Below, in pieces: positions 1 through 13,273 of a stretch of DNA of 64,000 nt. Each line of letters opens with the position of its first letter. The first letter of the stretch is position 1. Source of the stretch: Anthoceros angustus. Its lineage: Eukaryota > Plantae > Anthocerotophyta. The notes under the pieces were generated by a model that did no database searches, was not told the origin of the DNA, and worked only from the letters and a program-made list of their open reading frames with translations. The translations under genes and the position numbers were made by a program. The stretch is from NCBI GenBank assembly GCA_010909165.1, contig MU008212.1:186001-250000 (forward strand), read 5' to 3'.

Positions 1-110
1 GGGAGAAGAGGAAGCGGCGCTCGGGAAAGGGTTGTAACCTTGCACGAGTTGGAGGCGGGCGTAAACCCGGGAACCGGCGTGCTCAAGCAGGCGGACCCGG
101 GGCGAAGGCG

Positions 111-1853
111 GGAGCGTACTCCGGACTCCATACGGCTGGGCGGACCCCTCGCCCAGTATGGGAAGAAATTCGCTTCCCTCCTCTCGATCCTCATGAACAC
201 CGGAGGCGGCCACGGCAGGGAGAGGCTAGTGGCCTGTGTGCAGCAGATCGGCAACCTCGAGGGCCCGGCTAAGGCCCCGGGACTAGGAGGGAGGCGAAGA
301 AGAGGAAGATGGCTCCCCCTGCGGCTCCCAAGGCGCTCCGGTCCCTCTTCCTTTGCCAGCGGAGTGGCGGAGGCCGAGAAGCGAGAAGCGAGCGAGATGC
401 GGCCTAGGGGCGGAGGACAGCAGCAACCCCACCCCGAGCCCACGGGAGGCGAGGCGGAGGCCGAGGCGGAGGCGGGCGGAGCGGACCCGGGAGGCGGGAG
501 GCGAGGCGGGAGGCGGCCTCAAGAGGAGGCGAGGCGGAGGAGGCCGGGCGAGGCGACCGGACCCGGGCGGGCGGCGAGACCGGACCGAGGCCGGGCCAGG
601 AGGCGACCGGACCCGAGGCCGACGCAGAGGCGAGACCGGACCCGAGGCCGGACTCGGGCGAGACCGGACCCGAGGCCGGACGCAGAGGCGAGACCGGACC
701 CGAGGCCGGACTCGGGCGAGGCGGACCCGAGGCCGGACGCAGAGGCGAGACCCGAGGCCGACGCCAGAGGCGAGACCGGACCGAGGCCGACGCAGAGGCG
801 AGACCGGACCCGAGGCCGGACGCGAGGCGAGACCGGACCCGAGGCCGGACGCAGAGGCGAGACCGGACCCGAGGCCGACGCAGAGGCGAGACCGGACCGA
901 GGCCGACGCAGAGGCGAGACCGGACCCGAGGCCGGACGCCAGAGGCGAGACCGGACCCGAGGCCGACGCAGAGGCGAGACCGGACCCGAGGCCGACGCAG
1001 AGGCGAGACCCGAGGCCGACGCAGAGGCGAGAGCCGGACCCGAGGCCGACGCCAGAGGCGAGACCGGACCGAGGCCGGACGCAGAGGCGAGACCGGACCC
1101 GAGGCCGGACGCAGAGGCGAGACCCGAGGCCGGACGCAGAGGCGAGACCGGACCCGAGGCCCGGGCAGAGGCGAGACCGGACCCGAGGCCCGGACGCAGA
1201 GGCGAGACCGGACCCGAGGCCGAGGCGAGGCAGGCCGGACCCGAGGCCGAGGCGAGAGGAGGCGAGACCCGAGGCCGACGCCAGAGGCGAGACCGAGCCG
1301 GACCGAGGCCGGGCGAGGCGGACCACGAGGCCCGGGCAGGAGGCGAGCCGGACCGAGGCCGGACTCGGGCGAGCCGGACCCCGAGCCGAGGCGAGCCGGA
1401 CCCGAGGCCGAGGCGAGGCGAGACCCGAGGCGAGGCAGGCGAGGCGAGCCGGACCGAGGCCGAGGCGAGGCAGGCGAGCCGACCCGAGGCCGGACGCAGG
1501 CGGACCCGGGAGGACGGGCGGGGAGCGTACTCCGGACTCCATACGGCTGGGCGGACCCCCTCGCCCAGTATGGGAAGAAATTCGCTTCCCTCCTCTCGAT
1601 CCTCATGAACACCGGGAGGCGGCCACGGCAGGGAGAGGCTAGTGGCCTGTGTGCAGCAGATCGGCAACCTCGAGGGCCCGGCTAAGGCCCCGGGACTAGG
1701 AGGAGGCGAAGAAGAGGAAGATGGCTCCCCCTGCGGCTCCCAAGGCGCTCCGGTCCCTCTTCCTTTGCCAGCGGAGTGGCGGAGGCCGAGAAGCGAGAAG
1801 CGAGCGAGATGCGGCCTAGGGGCGGGAGGACAGCAGCAACCCCACCCCGAGCC
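111..1853 (+). repeat. ~330-bp direct repeat (111-439 and 1523-1853) flanking the first GC-rich array
   Basis: GGAGCGTACTCCGGACTCCATACGG...CCCCACCCCGAGCCCA occurs twice, near-identical. Confidence 0.95.
530..1520 (+). repeat. GC-rich ~30-bp minisatellite (AGAGGCGAGACCGGACCCGAGGCCGGACGC)
   Basis: Tandem units are visible directly. The + strand is almost T-free, which creates spurious long ORFs in most frames. Confidence 0.95.
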
Positions 1854-2617
1854 CATCCTATCGCCCAGGAGAGGCGAGGCTCCGGACTCCTTCATCCCGG
1901 ACCCCAAGCAGGCGGGCGGAGAAGGAGCTAGCCAGCCAGGCCAGGAGGTGAGGCTCGGGACCAAAATAGTCGGGACCTAAGGGTCCCGATTGGGTTCGAG
2001 TCCTAGTCAAACCTCCCTCGGGGATCTGGTTGTCCTTAACGGACCAGAGATACCCGCCCTCGGCGGACTTCACGGGTATCTCTCCGGCAAATGGAATAGA
2101 CACGCAGCGGAGTTCGCGGCCGTCATGGACGGTGTGCTGGGGGCTGCGGGCGGAGAAGGCCCAGTGGAGGCCACCAAAGGAGAATGGTGGAGATTCGAGG
2201 GCGGGAGGCGGCCAGGAGGCGGAGACCCTCACTAGGGTCGAGGGCGAGCCGGACCCCAAGCGAGGCGGGCGGAGGCAGTCCGCTCAGCAGACGGGGGGGT
2301 GCTTCAGCAGTGGTGAAGGGCCTTGAGGCGCAAGCAAAGGCAGAGGACCTTTGTAGGAGGAGGGGAGCGGCCTCAAGAGGAGGCAGAGGAGGCAAGAAAG
2401 CAGGCGGAAAGGGCTAAGGACCTGGTTGAAATCGCTCGACAGGAGCAGCACTAAGCCTGGGAGGCACAGGTGAAGGTAGCGCGGGAGGCCTCGGCCAAGA
2501 CAGATAGGGACCATTACCGGCGAGATCGGAACCGGTGGAGGGAGGTGGCGGGAGTAGCCAATTTGGCGAGGCCGGGGCGGAGCAAGCAGTAATCCGTGAA
2601 GAGAGAGGAGGCCGGCA

Positions 2618-3109
2618 GTGGGGACCTCCGAACCTGCAAGATCACGGAGGAAGCAGGCGCCAGAGTTGGAGGCGGAGACCTTGGAGCCTCTGACTCAGAT
2701 AACGGAGGAGCGGAACGGAAGTCTCCACGGGAGAATTGAGGATCACGAGCGGGAGATAGAGCGGCTCCAGCTCTGTTGGAGGGCGGAGGCAAGTCATCGG
2801 CGAAGTAAGGAGCAGGATATCGTCGAGTTGGAGAAGGACTTGGAAGAAGCCAGGAGCCGGGCGGAGCTGCCGGACCACCTGGAAAGAGATATGGTGTCTC
2901 TCCGGGCAAGGATGGAAGGGGGAGAGAGGGCTTTGCGGGAAGAGCAAAAGTTGTTGGTCCGGTTGCGGAAGGCGAGCAGCGGTCGTGGCCGACAAATTGG
3001 CCGTCTTTGCGAGGCAGTGAGGAGGAGGAGCAAGCGGAGGCGGGAGGCTCCAGTGGCGGGCGGCGTTGGCAGCCTCAAGAGACTCAGCTCAGTTCAGGAG
3101 ACCTTGTGA
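2618..3109 (+). pseudogene. Coiled-coil accessory ORF remnant of the gypsy element
   Basis: E/R/L-rich heptad-like translation (EDHEREIERLQL...IVELEKDLEEARSR); frameshifted extensions on both sides. Confidence 0.45.
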
Positions 3110-3422
3110 GCCGGCCCGGCGAGCAACCCGCCAGGTTGCGGAGAACCTCTGGGCGTGAGTATCGGGTGCTCGTGCCCATGGAGGAGGCCATTCGGTGGTC
3201 GACTCACTTCCTATTATCATGCGGAGCTCCTCAAGGCGGTGGAGATTGTGCCCCACCGCAGTTGAAGGGCCACAGAGTCGGAAGGAGGGAGAGGCGAGGC
3301 AGGCATGGGAGATGCGATACAGAACTCAGGGGTATTTGTTGGGGAGCAGGCGGCGAGGAAGGGGAGGAGGATCAGAGAAGAAGGCCAAGGGAGATGGGAC
3401 GGGAAGGGGGTGGGTGAACTTG

Positions 3423-5190
3423 GACCCGGACCGAGGCCGGACCCGAGGCGAGACCGGACCGAGCCGGGCAGAGGCGAGCCGGACCGAGGCCGGACGCAGA
3501 GGCGAGCCGGACCCCGAGCCGAGGCGAGCCGGACCCGAGGCCGACGCGAGGCGAGACCCGAGGCGACGCAGAGGCGAGCCGGACCGAGGCCGACGCAGGA
3601 GGCGAGCCGACCCGAGGCCGGACGCAGGCGGACCCCGGAGAAGACTTAGAATGAGATGCCCAAGAATCGGCAAGGCGGACCACGAGGTCCGGACTCGGGC
3701 GAGCCGGACCACGAGGCCGGACTCGGGAGGCGAGGACCGAGGCCGGACTCGGGAGGCGAGCCGGACCCGAGGCGGGCGAGGCCAGACCGGACCCGAGGCA
3801 GGCAGGCGGACCCCGGCCGGGCGGAGGCAGGCCGGACCGAGGCCGGGCAGGCGAGCCGGACCGAGGCCGGGCCGGGCGAGGCCGGGCCAGGCGGGCAGAG
3901 GCGAGGCCGGACCGAGCCGGGCAGGCGAGCCGGACCGAGCCGAGGCCGAGGCGAGCCGGACCCGAGGCCGGGCCGAGGCGAGCCGGACCGAGGCGGGCGG
4001 GCGGGCGGACCCGAGGCCGGGCCGCGAGGCGAGCCGACCCGAGGCAGGCGAGGCGAGCCGGACCGGGGCGAGGCGAGCCGGGCAGGCGGGCCGGGCGAGG
4101 CGGACCCGGGCCGGACGCGAGGCGAGACCGGACCCGAGGCCGGGCGAGGCGGGCGGGCCGGGCAGACGAGGCGGCGAGGCGAGCCGGACGCGGGCGAGGC
4201 GAGCCGGACCCCGAGCGGGCCGGGCGAGCCGGACCCGAGGCCGGGCAGGCGGGCCGGACCGGCCGGGCCAGGCGAGCCGGACCCGGGCCGGGCAGGCGAG
4301 GCCGGACCCCGAGCCGGGCCAGGCGAGGCGGACCCCGAGCCGGGCCGGGCGAGCCGGACCCCGAGCGGGCCGCGGGCGGGCCGGACCGAGGCCGGGCGAG
4401 CCGGACCCGAGGCCGGGGAGGCGAGACCGGACCCGAGGCCGGGCCAGGCGAGCCGGACCGGCGAGGAGGCGAGCCGGACCCGGGCGAGGCCGGGGAGGCG
4501 AGCCGGACCCGAGGCGGGCAGAGGCGAGCCGGACCGAGGCCCGAGCGGAGGCGAGACGGACCGAGCCGAGGCGGAGGCGAGCCGGACCCGAGGCCGACGC
4601 AGAGGCGAGGCCGGACGCAGGAGGCGAGCCGGACCCGAGGCCGGGCGGGCGAGACCGGACCCCGAGCCGGGCGAGGCGAGACGGACCCCAGGCCGGGCAG
4701 GAGGCGAGACCGGACCCGAGGCCGGGCGAGGCGAGACCGGACCCCGAGCCGGGCAGGAGGCGAGCCGGACCCGGGCCGGGCCGAGGCGAGACCGGACCGA
4801 GGCGAGCCGAGGCGGGCCGGACCCCGGCCGGGCAGGAGGCGAGGCCGGACCGAGGCGGCGAGGCGGGCGGCGAGACCCGAGGCGGGAGGCGGGCGGACCC
4901 GAGGCAGGCAGGCGAGCCGGACCGGCCGGGAGGCGAGACGGACCGAGGCCGGGCCGAGGCCGGACCCGAGGCAGGGCAGGAGGCGAGCCGGACCGGGCGG
5001 GAGGCCGGACCCCGACCGGGCCGGGAGGCGAGCCGGACCCGAGCCGGACGAGGCGAGCCGGACCGAGGCAGCGGAGGCCGAGGCCGGACGAGGCGAGAGA
5101 CCGAGGCGAGCCGGACCGAGGCCGGAGGCGAGCCGGACCCGAGGCCGGGCGGGCGAGCCGGACCCGAGGCCGGACGGGAGGCCGGACCCC
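3423..5190 (+). repeat. Second, more degenerate array of the same GC-rich minisatellite
   Basis: GAGGCGAGCCGGACC(C)GAGGCCGG units, T-depleted. Confidence 0.9.
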
Positions 5191-6786
5191 AGAGGGAGGA
5201 GGTGAGTGAGATCACTCGATCCACCAGGCAGTGGGTTCAGTGGACCCATGAGCGAGGACCCACCAGTGAGTTAAGAGAAGGCAAGGAGGAGGACTTGGTG
5301 GTCACTGTGGTTGTCAGGCCGCCGCCAGTAGCGCAGCCTGACAGAGTCTCGGGAAGAGGGAGAGTTCCCGCATCGCGGATCATCCGATTGGGTGCGCCGC
5401 AATTGCCAGAGCTGGGGATTGGGCCGCCAGTGCCAGGGAGGAATCTAGGGCAACCACAGCCCAGCTGGGGAAGATGAAGGGCTGGGTGCTAGAGCACAGT
5501 GAGCTAGACATCAGCTCAGAATAGGAGTGTAATAAAGGCGCCCCCTCAAGGCGTAGTATAAGAGGGCAGACGCCGCTCTAGTAAATCATCTTTCTTTTGG
5601 GGTTGATACCGCATTATCTTTGCAGACCCTTGTGTGTCCTTCGCTAGCCGAGTCACAGTCGAGGCAAGACAACTCCGGAGGCGATCCGAGTCCCGTGATG
5701 AGACCCTAACGTGTGGTGGTGTGTGTACAGGCGCGGACGACCAGGGACCCGTGCTCCTCCGGAACAGGGGACCGACGTCGGATGGGCCGGAGCGCGTGAG
5801 ACTCGGGGAACTCCGAGAGGGCGTGCAGAGCCCGAACGGAGATGCCTGGTTGAGCGATTGCGGAGGTTCGTGGCCACGCAAGCCACCCACGATTCCCAAC
5901 TGGTGTTGTGTGTAGTGAGAGTGGTAGAAGAGCGGACTAGTAAAGACGGGGGACGGACTGGTAGGAAACGGACGCGAACGAGTCCTTAAACGTTTGGCCA
6001 CGTCGGGCCTGTCCGGTGGACGCTTAGGAGTAATTAGGAAGTGAAAACGATCGTGTTGAGGTCTCGGACGGCGTCCTTCCCGACGACGGGGTGAGGATCG
6101 GGCCGCGCACGTGCAAAACGGAACAAACCATTCCCTTCGGAATGGACCCCTTCTGCAACGACACGGGATTAGTGCGCGTCCCGCTGGCCGTCAGCGAAAG
6201 TCGCGCCACAGTGCCGTGTACATTTCTTTTGCATGGAAGATTTGGAATAATTACAGGACATCATGTCGGTATAGTATTAATAACTCAAAGTTATTTCTCT
6301 GATATTTATTCTTCCTACTGTTTGCACTATCTATGATCTATAGATAGGGGTTAAGATACGTGGAAAAATTATTTGGGGTCTAAGAGAAACTAATTTAAAA
6401 GTATGATGGGTGTCTCATGGATTGTTGTTCCATCAATGCAAAATTTTTCCATATTTCTACAAAGTGCTCCAAATTGAATCCTACATCAATGACCACTGAT
6501 TTCATACAAAACAAAATGAAAGGATACTAATATTCCTAGCATGCCTAACTCCTATGTAGTAGGTCTATATACCTTGCCTAGAAATGATGAAGCACACATC
6601 CTTTACATACGAAATCTTTGAGGATGAGTGTTATGAACATTATTAGTGTAGGTATATATTTTAAATCATTACCAAGACATAAAAAATATGATAGTTGAAT
6701 AGGAAATTATGTAGTATTTTAAAGTCTTAATATCACATTTTCATCGTCAAATCAATGAAGAATACAACAAGACAACGGTAAATTTT

Positions 6787-7180
6787 TCATTGGAAGAAGT
6801 TCCAAAACTCAAAGCGAAGAGTACAGTGTTTTCCACTAAGTAAAGCTCCTTTGGATGGTCCACATACCATAAGCCACTCAGTTTCTAAGAAATGGGTCAA
6901 ACACAATCTGCATATACGCGCAAAGTCAGTTGTACAAGTAGCTTCAATGTAGATATTTTGGCGCAAATTTGGAATTAATATTGTCCTACGGGTCCAAGGT
7001 AGGCCTTTCTCTTCATCAAGTGACTTTCCGATAAATATTTTGGTCTGCCATAGTATCACGTCTACATATTCATAAGCTATTCGTTCTACATTACAATTGA
7101 AAGAGAAATTAGGCTCAAAGTAATTAGAATCCAATATTGCGTGGACATTAAGAATTACAAGGACATATAGTATACAGACT
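6787..7180 (-). pseudogene. Possible degraded LINE ORF2 C-terminus
   Basis: IYIEATCTTDFARICRLCLTHFLETEWLMVCGP resembles the R-I-C-x2-C...E-x-E...C knuckle at the C-terminus of LINE ORF2; no RT motif is visible. Confidence 0.3.
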
Positions 7181-7892
7181 TCAAGCACTATAATTCCACG
7201 TTTTTGTTTGTTCTTCATTACTAGAATTATAGACTATTACATAAACAAAAATATATATCAATTTTTTGAGTAGAATGAGATCATACATGTCAGTTTCTAT
7301 ATAACTATATATATCTAGTGATACCAACTCTTAAGAAGTTGAATAATGTGTAAAACTTTTAATAAATAGAATATTTTTACATATGAGATATATACTATAT
7401 TTGTTGTCTTTAGAATATGTATTATTATATTATATTAACTTATTAAAAATAAAATTTATATTATTAATATTCTAAAAAGACAAAAAATCTTAAATGAAAA
7501 AATCTAACATAATTATATAATACTCTACATATCTACCTACTATTCATGCGAACCATGATTCAGACATGTATATGTCTAAATAAAATGTCAACCTAGTAAG
7601 GAGTAGCACTACTACCTAGCATATGACTCAATTGTTAAATATAAATCATTCAATTTAAATGAAAATGTTTATCTTCGATCTTTTCTTCACAATCATCACT
7701 ACTTTTAGTTACATATTTTATTCTACTGCTGATGCCCAGAATTCGACTCAATCCACTTTAATCCATTCAATCCCATTCTAAATCATCTATCCTAAATCGA
7801 TTGATCCATGCGCCTCACTCAAATCAATCAACTTCAATCCAGCAGGAAGTCATCTATCCCAGGCAGAGTGATGTATGGGCCTCACGACCCTT

Positions 7893-8348
7893 AAAAATGA
7901 AAGAATGGCACTTCAACTAATTCTATCCACTTTAAGTCATGTATCCCACTGAAGGGATTTCATGCATGGGCCTCACCGCCCTGAAAAGCAAAACAATGGC
8001 ACTTCAATAAATTCAGCCTAGCTTTAAGTCATGTATCCTATAGGGATTGATGCCATGATATATCCACAAAATTGAAAACACTTCAGCTAAGAAAAGTGTG
8101 AGAATATTTTTTTATTTAGAAAAATTCCCACTTGGTTGGATCATGGCCGTCACAAGGCATGTAACTAAAAAGCAAAAGAATGGCACTTCAATCAATTCAA
8201 CCTAGCTTTAAGTCGTTTATCCTATAGGGATTGATGTCATGACATATCCACAAAAATGAAAACACTTCAGCCAAGAAAAGTGTGAGAATATTTTTTTTAT
8301 TTAGAAAATTTCCACTTGGTTGGATCCTGGCCATCACAAGGCATGTAA
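7893..8348. repeat. ~185-bp tandem repeat (two full units plus one partial)
   Basis: AATGGCACTTCAA...CACAAGGCATGTAA at ~7995-8165 and ~8179-8348; partial copy at ~7904. Confidence 0.85.
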
Positions 8349-10436
8349 GGTTTCCTTGTACGAATCGTGATGTAAATTTGATGTAATGAAATGTAACTGC
8401 CTTACCACAACTAGAACTAAATTTTTATAAAATTTTTATTTAAATATAAATTATATATATATAATGCTAGATTTTGTGGCTTGTTAGTTTATAATTCTAG
8501 AGAAGATACCCATACTATAGGTGTACCCAAGGAGAGAGATGCGGGGAGAGAAGGAAGTGCCATGCCAATGTCATGGTCTAGTATACCTATACCCATATTG
8601 TAGGTGTACCCAAGCTTCGTACCTAGGCTGACATTTATAGGGATATTTGTGGAGTCTTCGGAATGTTTGTGGATTTGTTGTGAAGTTATATGAGACCGTG
8701 TAGGTAGTAGGTGAACTATTCTTGTGCCACTGGACTAGGTATTGAAGACTGAGCTGTGAAGGATACCATGAACAGTGTGCCGAATTTGACTCTGTTCACA
8801 CATGGAAATCTGGCATAGTTGACATCTTTCCAGCAGCAACCTCGAGGTCGAGAAGCGAAGCGTTGAACTGGAAGTTGCAGTTGCACATGGTGCAAGTGGC
8901 TAGCCGATTTGTTATGGGAAGTAGACTGAATCATCTGAACTGGAATGTGAATTCGTTTTTGGAAGTGTCCGCGATGGGCTGCTTGGACTGACATCGATCT
9001 CATTTCACATATGGCTGACACCGCCTCAGGGGCCGACGATGATCAGGTAGGCACATTGCCCACAACTTCCGGCATATCGGCTAGCTCATGGTGTTGTGGC
9101 AGTAACTAGTAACGTGTGGGCCGGCTGCCGGCTGCCGGCTGACAGATGGGTGGTGGATTTTGAAGGAGCTGCAAGAGAAACGAGAAACTGGGCATTAAGA
9201 ATTGTACTAAGGCCACTCGCGGCATTTAGTGGGCCAACCGTGCATGGGCCAACAAACTGAATTCGGTCCGACACAACGCCCTGTTGATGGCAGTCCTGGC
9301 ATGGCGGGCCTCCTCCTTGCAATCCTGGCACTCGTGTTCAAATTTCGTCTTCTGTGGAGCGTGGTGGGAGCTGCCTACTTTGTGCTCAATTTGTGTGGCC
9401 TCGGTCTATTGCAGGCAGCTCCCAGAACCTAGCCTGCGTCGTAAATATGCGTCTAATATGGTGTGATTGCCATTGGTGAGTTGAACGTTCTGAGGCAATT
9501 CTGAGCACTACTTTTCGTGTGGATACCGGTGCAGCTGACTGCTTCCAGAAGATTTGAGGATTTGAGAACCATCTCAGATCAGAGTTTCCTCCCACTGATT
9601 GTGTTGGAGTAAGTGACTGTGATGGGCCTCAGAGCATTGAACAAACGTGCGAACCACAGTCCTATACTGGAACATAATTCATTCCGTGATCGATTGCTGT
9701 TGCAACTTGCAGGTGTATCTTGAAGAATCCCCATGCCCAGGAGGCGCCTGCTTGCCACAAACAAACATACGCAGTAGTCTTCTTCAGACCAAAAAGAGAC
9801 GCTGCGGTTTAAAGTTGACAACTCCAATCTGCCATTTTGCACGACGTTCTTTGCAAGTTCACACTTTCCGTCAACAAAGTTGGGGCTTCCACCAAAGGCA
9901 GGAATCAGAGTCCTTCAATAGACTGCGAATTCTTTATGCTCCTATTGCCATGATGGCAGGTCACATATCTCTCAAGGAATTGCTGGGGACACCGCCACAC
10001 TCTCTCACACTCTGGCAGTGATCTGAGCCCTAAAGACTGGTCATGCATGAACGGTATTCTCCTCCAATTGCACCACTCCGTTTTGACATCCCGACTACAT
10101 ACCCTAGTCCTTTCCGAAATTCCAGACCTCCGAAGGAAGATCAAGCCGGCGTGAATTCCAGGGAATGTCGATGCGCTTCGTAGTTTCCAAAGAATCGCTC
10201 CCAACAAGTCCAAAATCTGAATGTAGAAGTAAGCTTGCACCTTAGAGGCAGTTGAACAGAATGTGCACAATCCAGTCTAAGTACTGCTTCTGGTGTCCAG
10301 GACACACCCTTTTGCAAGCTTGCGAGCATCGGATGTTACTAGTTTTTGGCGGACTTGGGCAGAGAGTGACAATTTTGGATGGTGACCGATTAGGAATTAA
10401 GCCCACATACTTAGATTGGTCAGAATGATGCATATG

Positions 10437-10989
10437 TGTGTAGAGCTTGCTTAAGCAACTAGGATGAAACGACGCTCTGGTCGTAACCGTTCGGTGCGTG
10501 CCTGTTGGTAACGAAACACGAAATGTGCCCTAACTAGGATCCGGTCAATACAATTGTCACACTCCCACTTAGTGAGCGGACACTAGTTCTGAGTACCTAG
10601 CCTTGATCGTTAACTTCGTATAGTCTTCGTAGTAGTCGTATTATTGTCGAGTGCTGTTGATATTAAATTGAGGTAAGAGCTTTGGTGAGCTCGTCAGCGA
10701 CCATTTGCTTTATCTGGAAGTAGAGTACTTCGAACTTATCCTCCTTTACGACCTGTCCTATTAAATAAAACTGTACTTCCACGTTCTTTGTGCATGCGTG
10801 GAACTTTGGATCGTACGTGAGTGTGATGGCTGCCTAGTTATTGCAATAAAGAGGTCTGGGTATTTGTTGTAGTTCCCCTAGCTCCGATAATTGTAGAAGT
10901 TGCCAAATACCTTCCTTACGAGCGTGAGTTAAGGAACAGTATTCAGCTTCTGTTGAGCTAAGAGCTACAAAACTTTGGATTGTACGTGA
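10437..10989 (-). mobile_element. Ty1/copia 3' end: RNase H C-terminus, PPT and short 3' LTR
   Basis: Minus strand encodes VALSSTEAEY...LYCN...PKFH...KNVEVQ...MVADELTKAL. PPT AAGTGGGAG (10570-10562) is followed by TGTGACA. The left LTR boundary is approximate. Confidence 0.8.
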
Positions 10990-11167
10990 GTGCGATGGCT
11001 GCCTGGTTGTCGCAATAAAGGAGTGCGATGGCTGCCTGGTTGTCGCAATAAAGGAGTGCGATCGCTGCCTGGTTGTCGCAATAAAGGAGTGCGATCGCTG
11101 CCTGGTTGTCGCAATAAAGGAGTGCGATGGCTGCCTGGTTGTCGTAATAAAGGAGTGCCACGGCTGC
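10990..11167 (-). repeat. 33-bp tandem repeat derived from the copia RNase H motif LLYCDNQAAIA (part 1)
   Basis: Unit TGCGATGGCTGCCTGGTTGTCGCAATAAAGGAG; the ORF track shows ALLYCDNQAAI repeated. Confidence 0.95.
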
Positions 11168-11426
11168 AACACCATAATTTTTGAAGGGGGTGAATAATCT
11201 CGATGGGGGTTTTCTGTAAATAATCTCTAAAGAGGGTTTGTGATGGGCCCTAAAACAGAGTTTATTAGTCATTCCGGAAAACATCTTCGAAAAAAAGGGT
11301 GTCACCTAGTAAAGTTACTACTTTCCAACCAGCAATGTTTCTATCGAATGGTGGTCGCAAACTCGAACCTATGGGATTAATGCAAAGTGGGACTCTGGGA
11401 CCCCGGGACAAACCGTGATTTGAGTT

Positions 11427-12260
11427 TCACTCATCCCCAGAGTTCAATCCTTCGTCATCACTTGGTCCAGCTTCTCCAGCATTGTCATCACTATCTTCAG
11501 CGGCACTTTGACTCGCAGGCTGTATAAAGCCACGCAACTCACAGAGCTTATCCCTGATCACTTTTTTGTCCACCGCATACAAATGTTTCCATGCGCTCAA
11601 CACAAACCCATAATACAGGATGACTATTTCATTCACAAACACCTCCTGTATGTTTTTTGGGTAATGGACCTTATTCCCTTTTTTCCTCGGCATCAGATGA
11701 GATGGCTTGGCACTCTGACGGACTATGTATTCCTGCACATATCTCCCTTTGTACGCATCTGTGTGCTCGATCTGATAGCAATGGATAAGAAAGTGAAGTC
11801 GTGGTGCATCTAGCTTCGCGTCAATGACCTCCCAATCCAGAATGGCATATTACGTGTGTCCGTAGTGCACAACAGCGCCAGAAACATCCCCTTCCGGATT
11901 TTCGTTATGTCTCCATTCATCCGCGCCATTCCCGCTGTTGCCTTCCGACATTTTGATATGCCCCCAAGTACATATCACGCTATAGGAGGTCCCTCAATAA
12001 TGCCTCATCCAGCACTTAAAGTGGTCGGGCTGTATGATCCACTTCTGCACGTGAAAACCGCTTCCAAGGACACTCTAGCAATAGCCCGATGTTATTCTCC
12101 ACAATGACAGCAATCTCCTTCTGGTCCACCCAAAAGGCTTCTCACCACTTGTACTCTTCAGCAGTTACTTATGGACGCAAATCTTTTGACCCTTGCTGCA
12201 AATGGGCCACACCTTCCGTCGGTGATAGGATACCTGCCGTTCCCTTCTTGTCCCTCCCTC
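11427..12260 (-). pseudogene. Transposase C-terminal fragment
   Basis: Homologous to 29350-30150 (KNIQEVFVNEIVILYYGF vs the same region at ~29.5 kb; EEYKWWEAF region at ~12.15 and ~30.04 kb). Confidence 0.75.
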
Positions 12261-12289
12261 CCCCTAGCTTCACCCATATGCACCATAGA

Positions 12290-12364
12290 GTGGTGTTAAG
12301 GGAGGGCGCCGGCCAGCCAGCACCCTCCCTTAGCACCACCCGGCATGCGGGTGGAGCTAGGGAG

Positions 12365-12406
<42 letters not shown>
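12290..12406. repeat. GC-rich hairpin (12290-12339, 21/24 paired) followed by (GCC)14
   Basis: GTGGTGTTAAGGGAGGGCGCCGGC...GCCAGCACCCTCCCTTAGCACCAC; GCC run at 12365-12406. Confidence 0.9.
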
Positions 12407-13273
12407 CTCCCCCCACACACATCCATGGGCGCCCGGTGGCAAACACTGCCCGCCATGGGCACTTGGCTAGCCGGCGCCCTCCCCATGGCCTCCTCATAGG
12501 CTGCCTTTTATAAAATAAATATTTAGCGATTCACAATCTTGGCAACTTGGGATAGTTGCTCAAGTGGTTGGAAAAAAAAAAGCATAGTAACGAGTAGGTC
12601 TTAAGTTCAAAACTCTACCATCTTAATAACACAACTTTGTTGATTTTAAGGACGCTTGCATGCGCGCATGGGCAACCAACTTTGTTCATTTTAAGGACGC
12701 TGGCATTGCCTTATAGCCCAAGTGGTTGCATTGAGTGCCAGAAGGTTGAAGACCACGACTGGCAAGCTTTTGGATGAGGGTCAGTAGACCCTAAATGTTG
12801 TGTGGCAGTCCACACCGTCCGAAGCTCAGCCGAAGAATTATACTAATGAATATGAGCAAGCATTGGAGGAGAATGACAGCTTTAATGTGGAGGATATGGA
12901 CCGCCTTCGGAATTTGGCGGTGGTCGTTGACTCAATATCGGCGCAAGGCATGGACAAGTCGCTAGGCCGCCCTCTTGAATGACTATTGTTGATGCTGATG
13001 ACCACTTCCTCCTTTAGCAATTGTTTGTTGCAAGGTTTTGAATCTTTGAAATGAGACTCATAAGTAGCATGATTTTATTGTGTTCCACCACTTGAAAAGT
13101 AAATGTTTTTGGTTGTAATAAACAGATGCAAACGGCAGCCCTCTGTGCATTCTACAAAAATGCAGACGGGCTCGCGCCCTACAGTGCTCTAGTTCTGGGG
13201 TGTAGAATTGAAAGTGCATCTTTTATTTAAGGTATGGACTTAGAAAGGGTGTGCCCATTATCAAAGCTTGGCA

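Larger units (their letters stand above)
1..6209 (+). mobile_element. Ty3/gypsy (Athila/Tat-like) long terminal region, 5'-truncated by the window edge
   Basis: Ends in GAAAGTCGCGCCACA at 6209, identical to the LTR end at 48521-48535 that precedes a PBS and gag-pol. Shares the AACCATTCCCTT...CAACGACA motif with the LTR ends at 43.4 and 48.5 kb. AT-rich unrelated sequence follows. Confidence 0.65.

Noticed and set aside
40-5477. Long 400-760 aa ORFs on both strands
   Set aside because: They arise from stop-free GC-rich minisatellites, are open in most frames and contain no domain.
8506-8614. 26-bp direct repeat ATACCCATA..TAGGTGTACCCAAG
   Set aside because: The repeat is real, but there is no TIR/TSD evidence to call it a MITE.
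8750-10430. Possible F-box/LRR-like gene remnant on the + strand
   Set aside because: Only an isolated LxxLxL-like stretch (SRLHTLVLSEIPDL) and many stops; no gene model can be supported.
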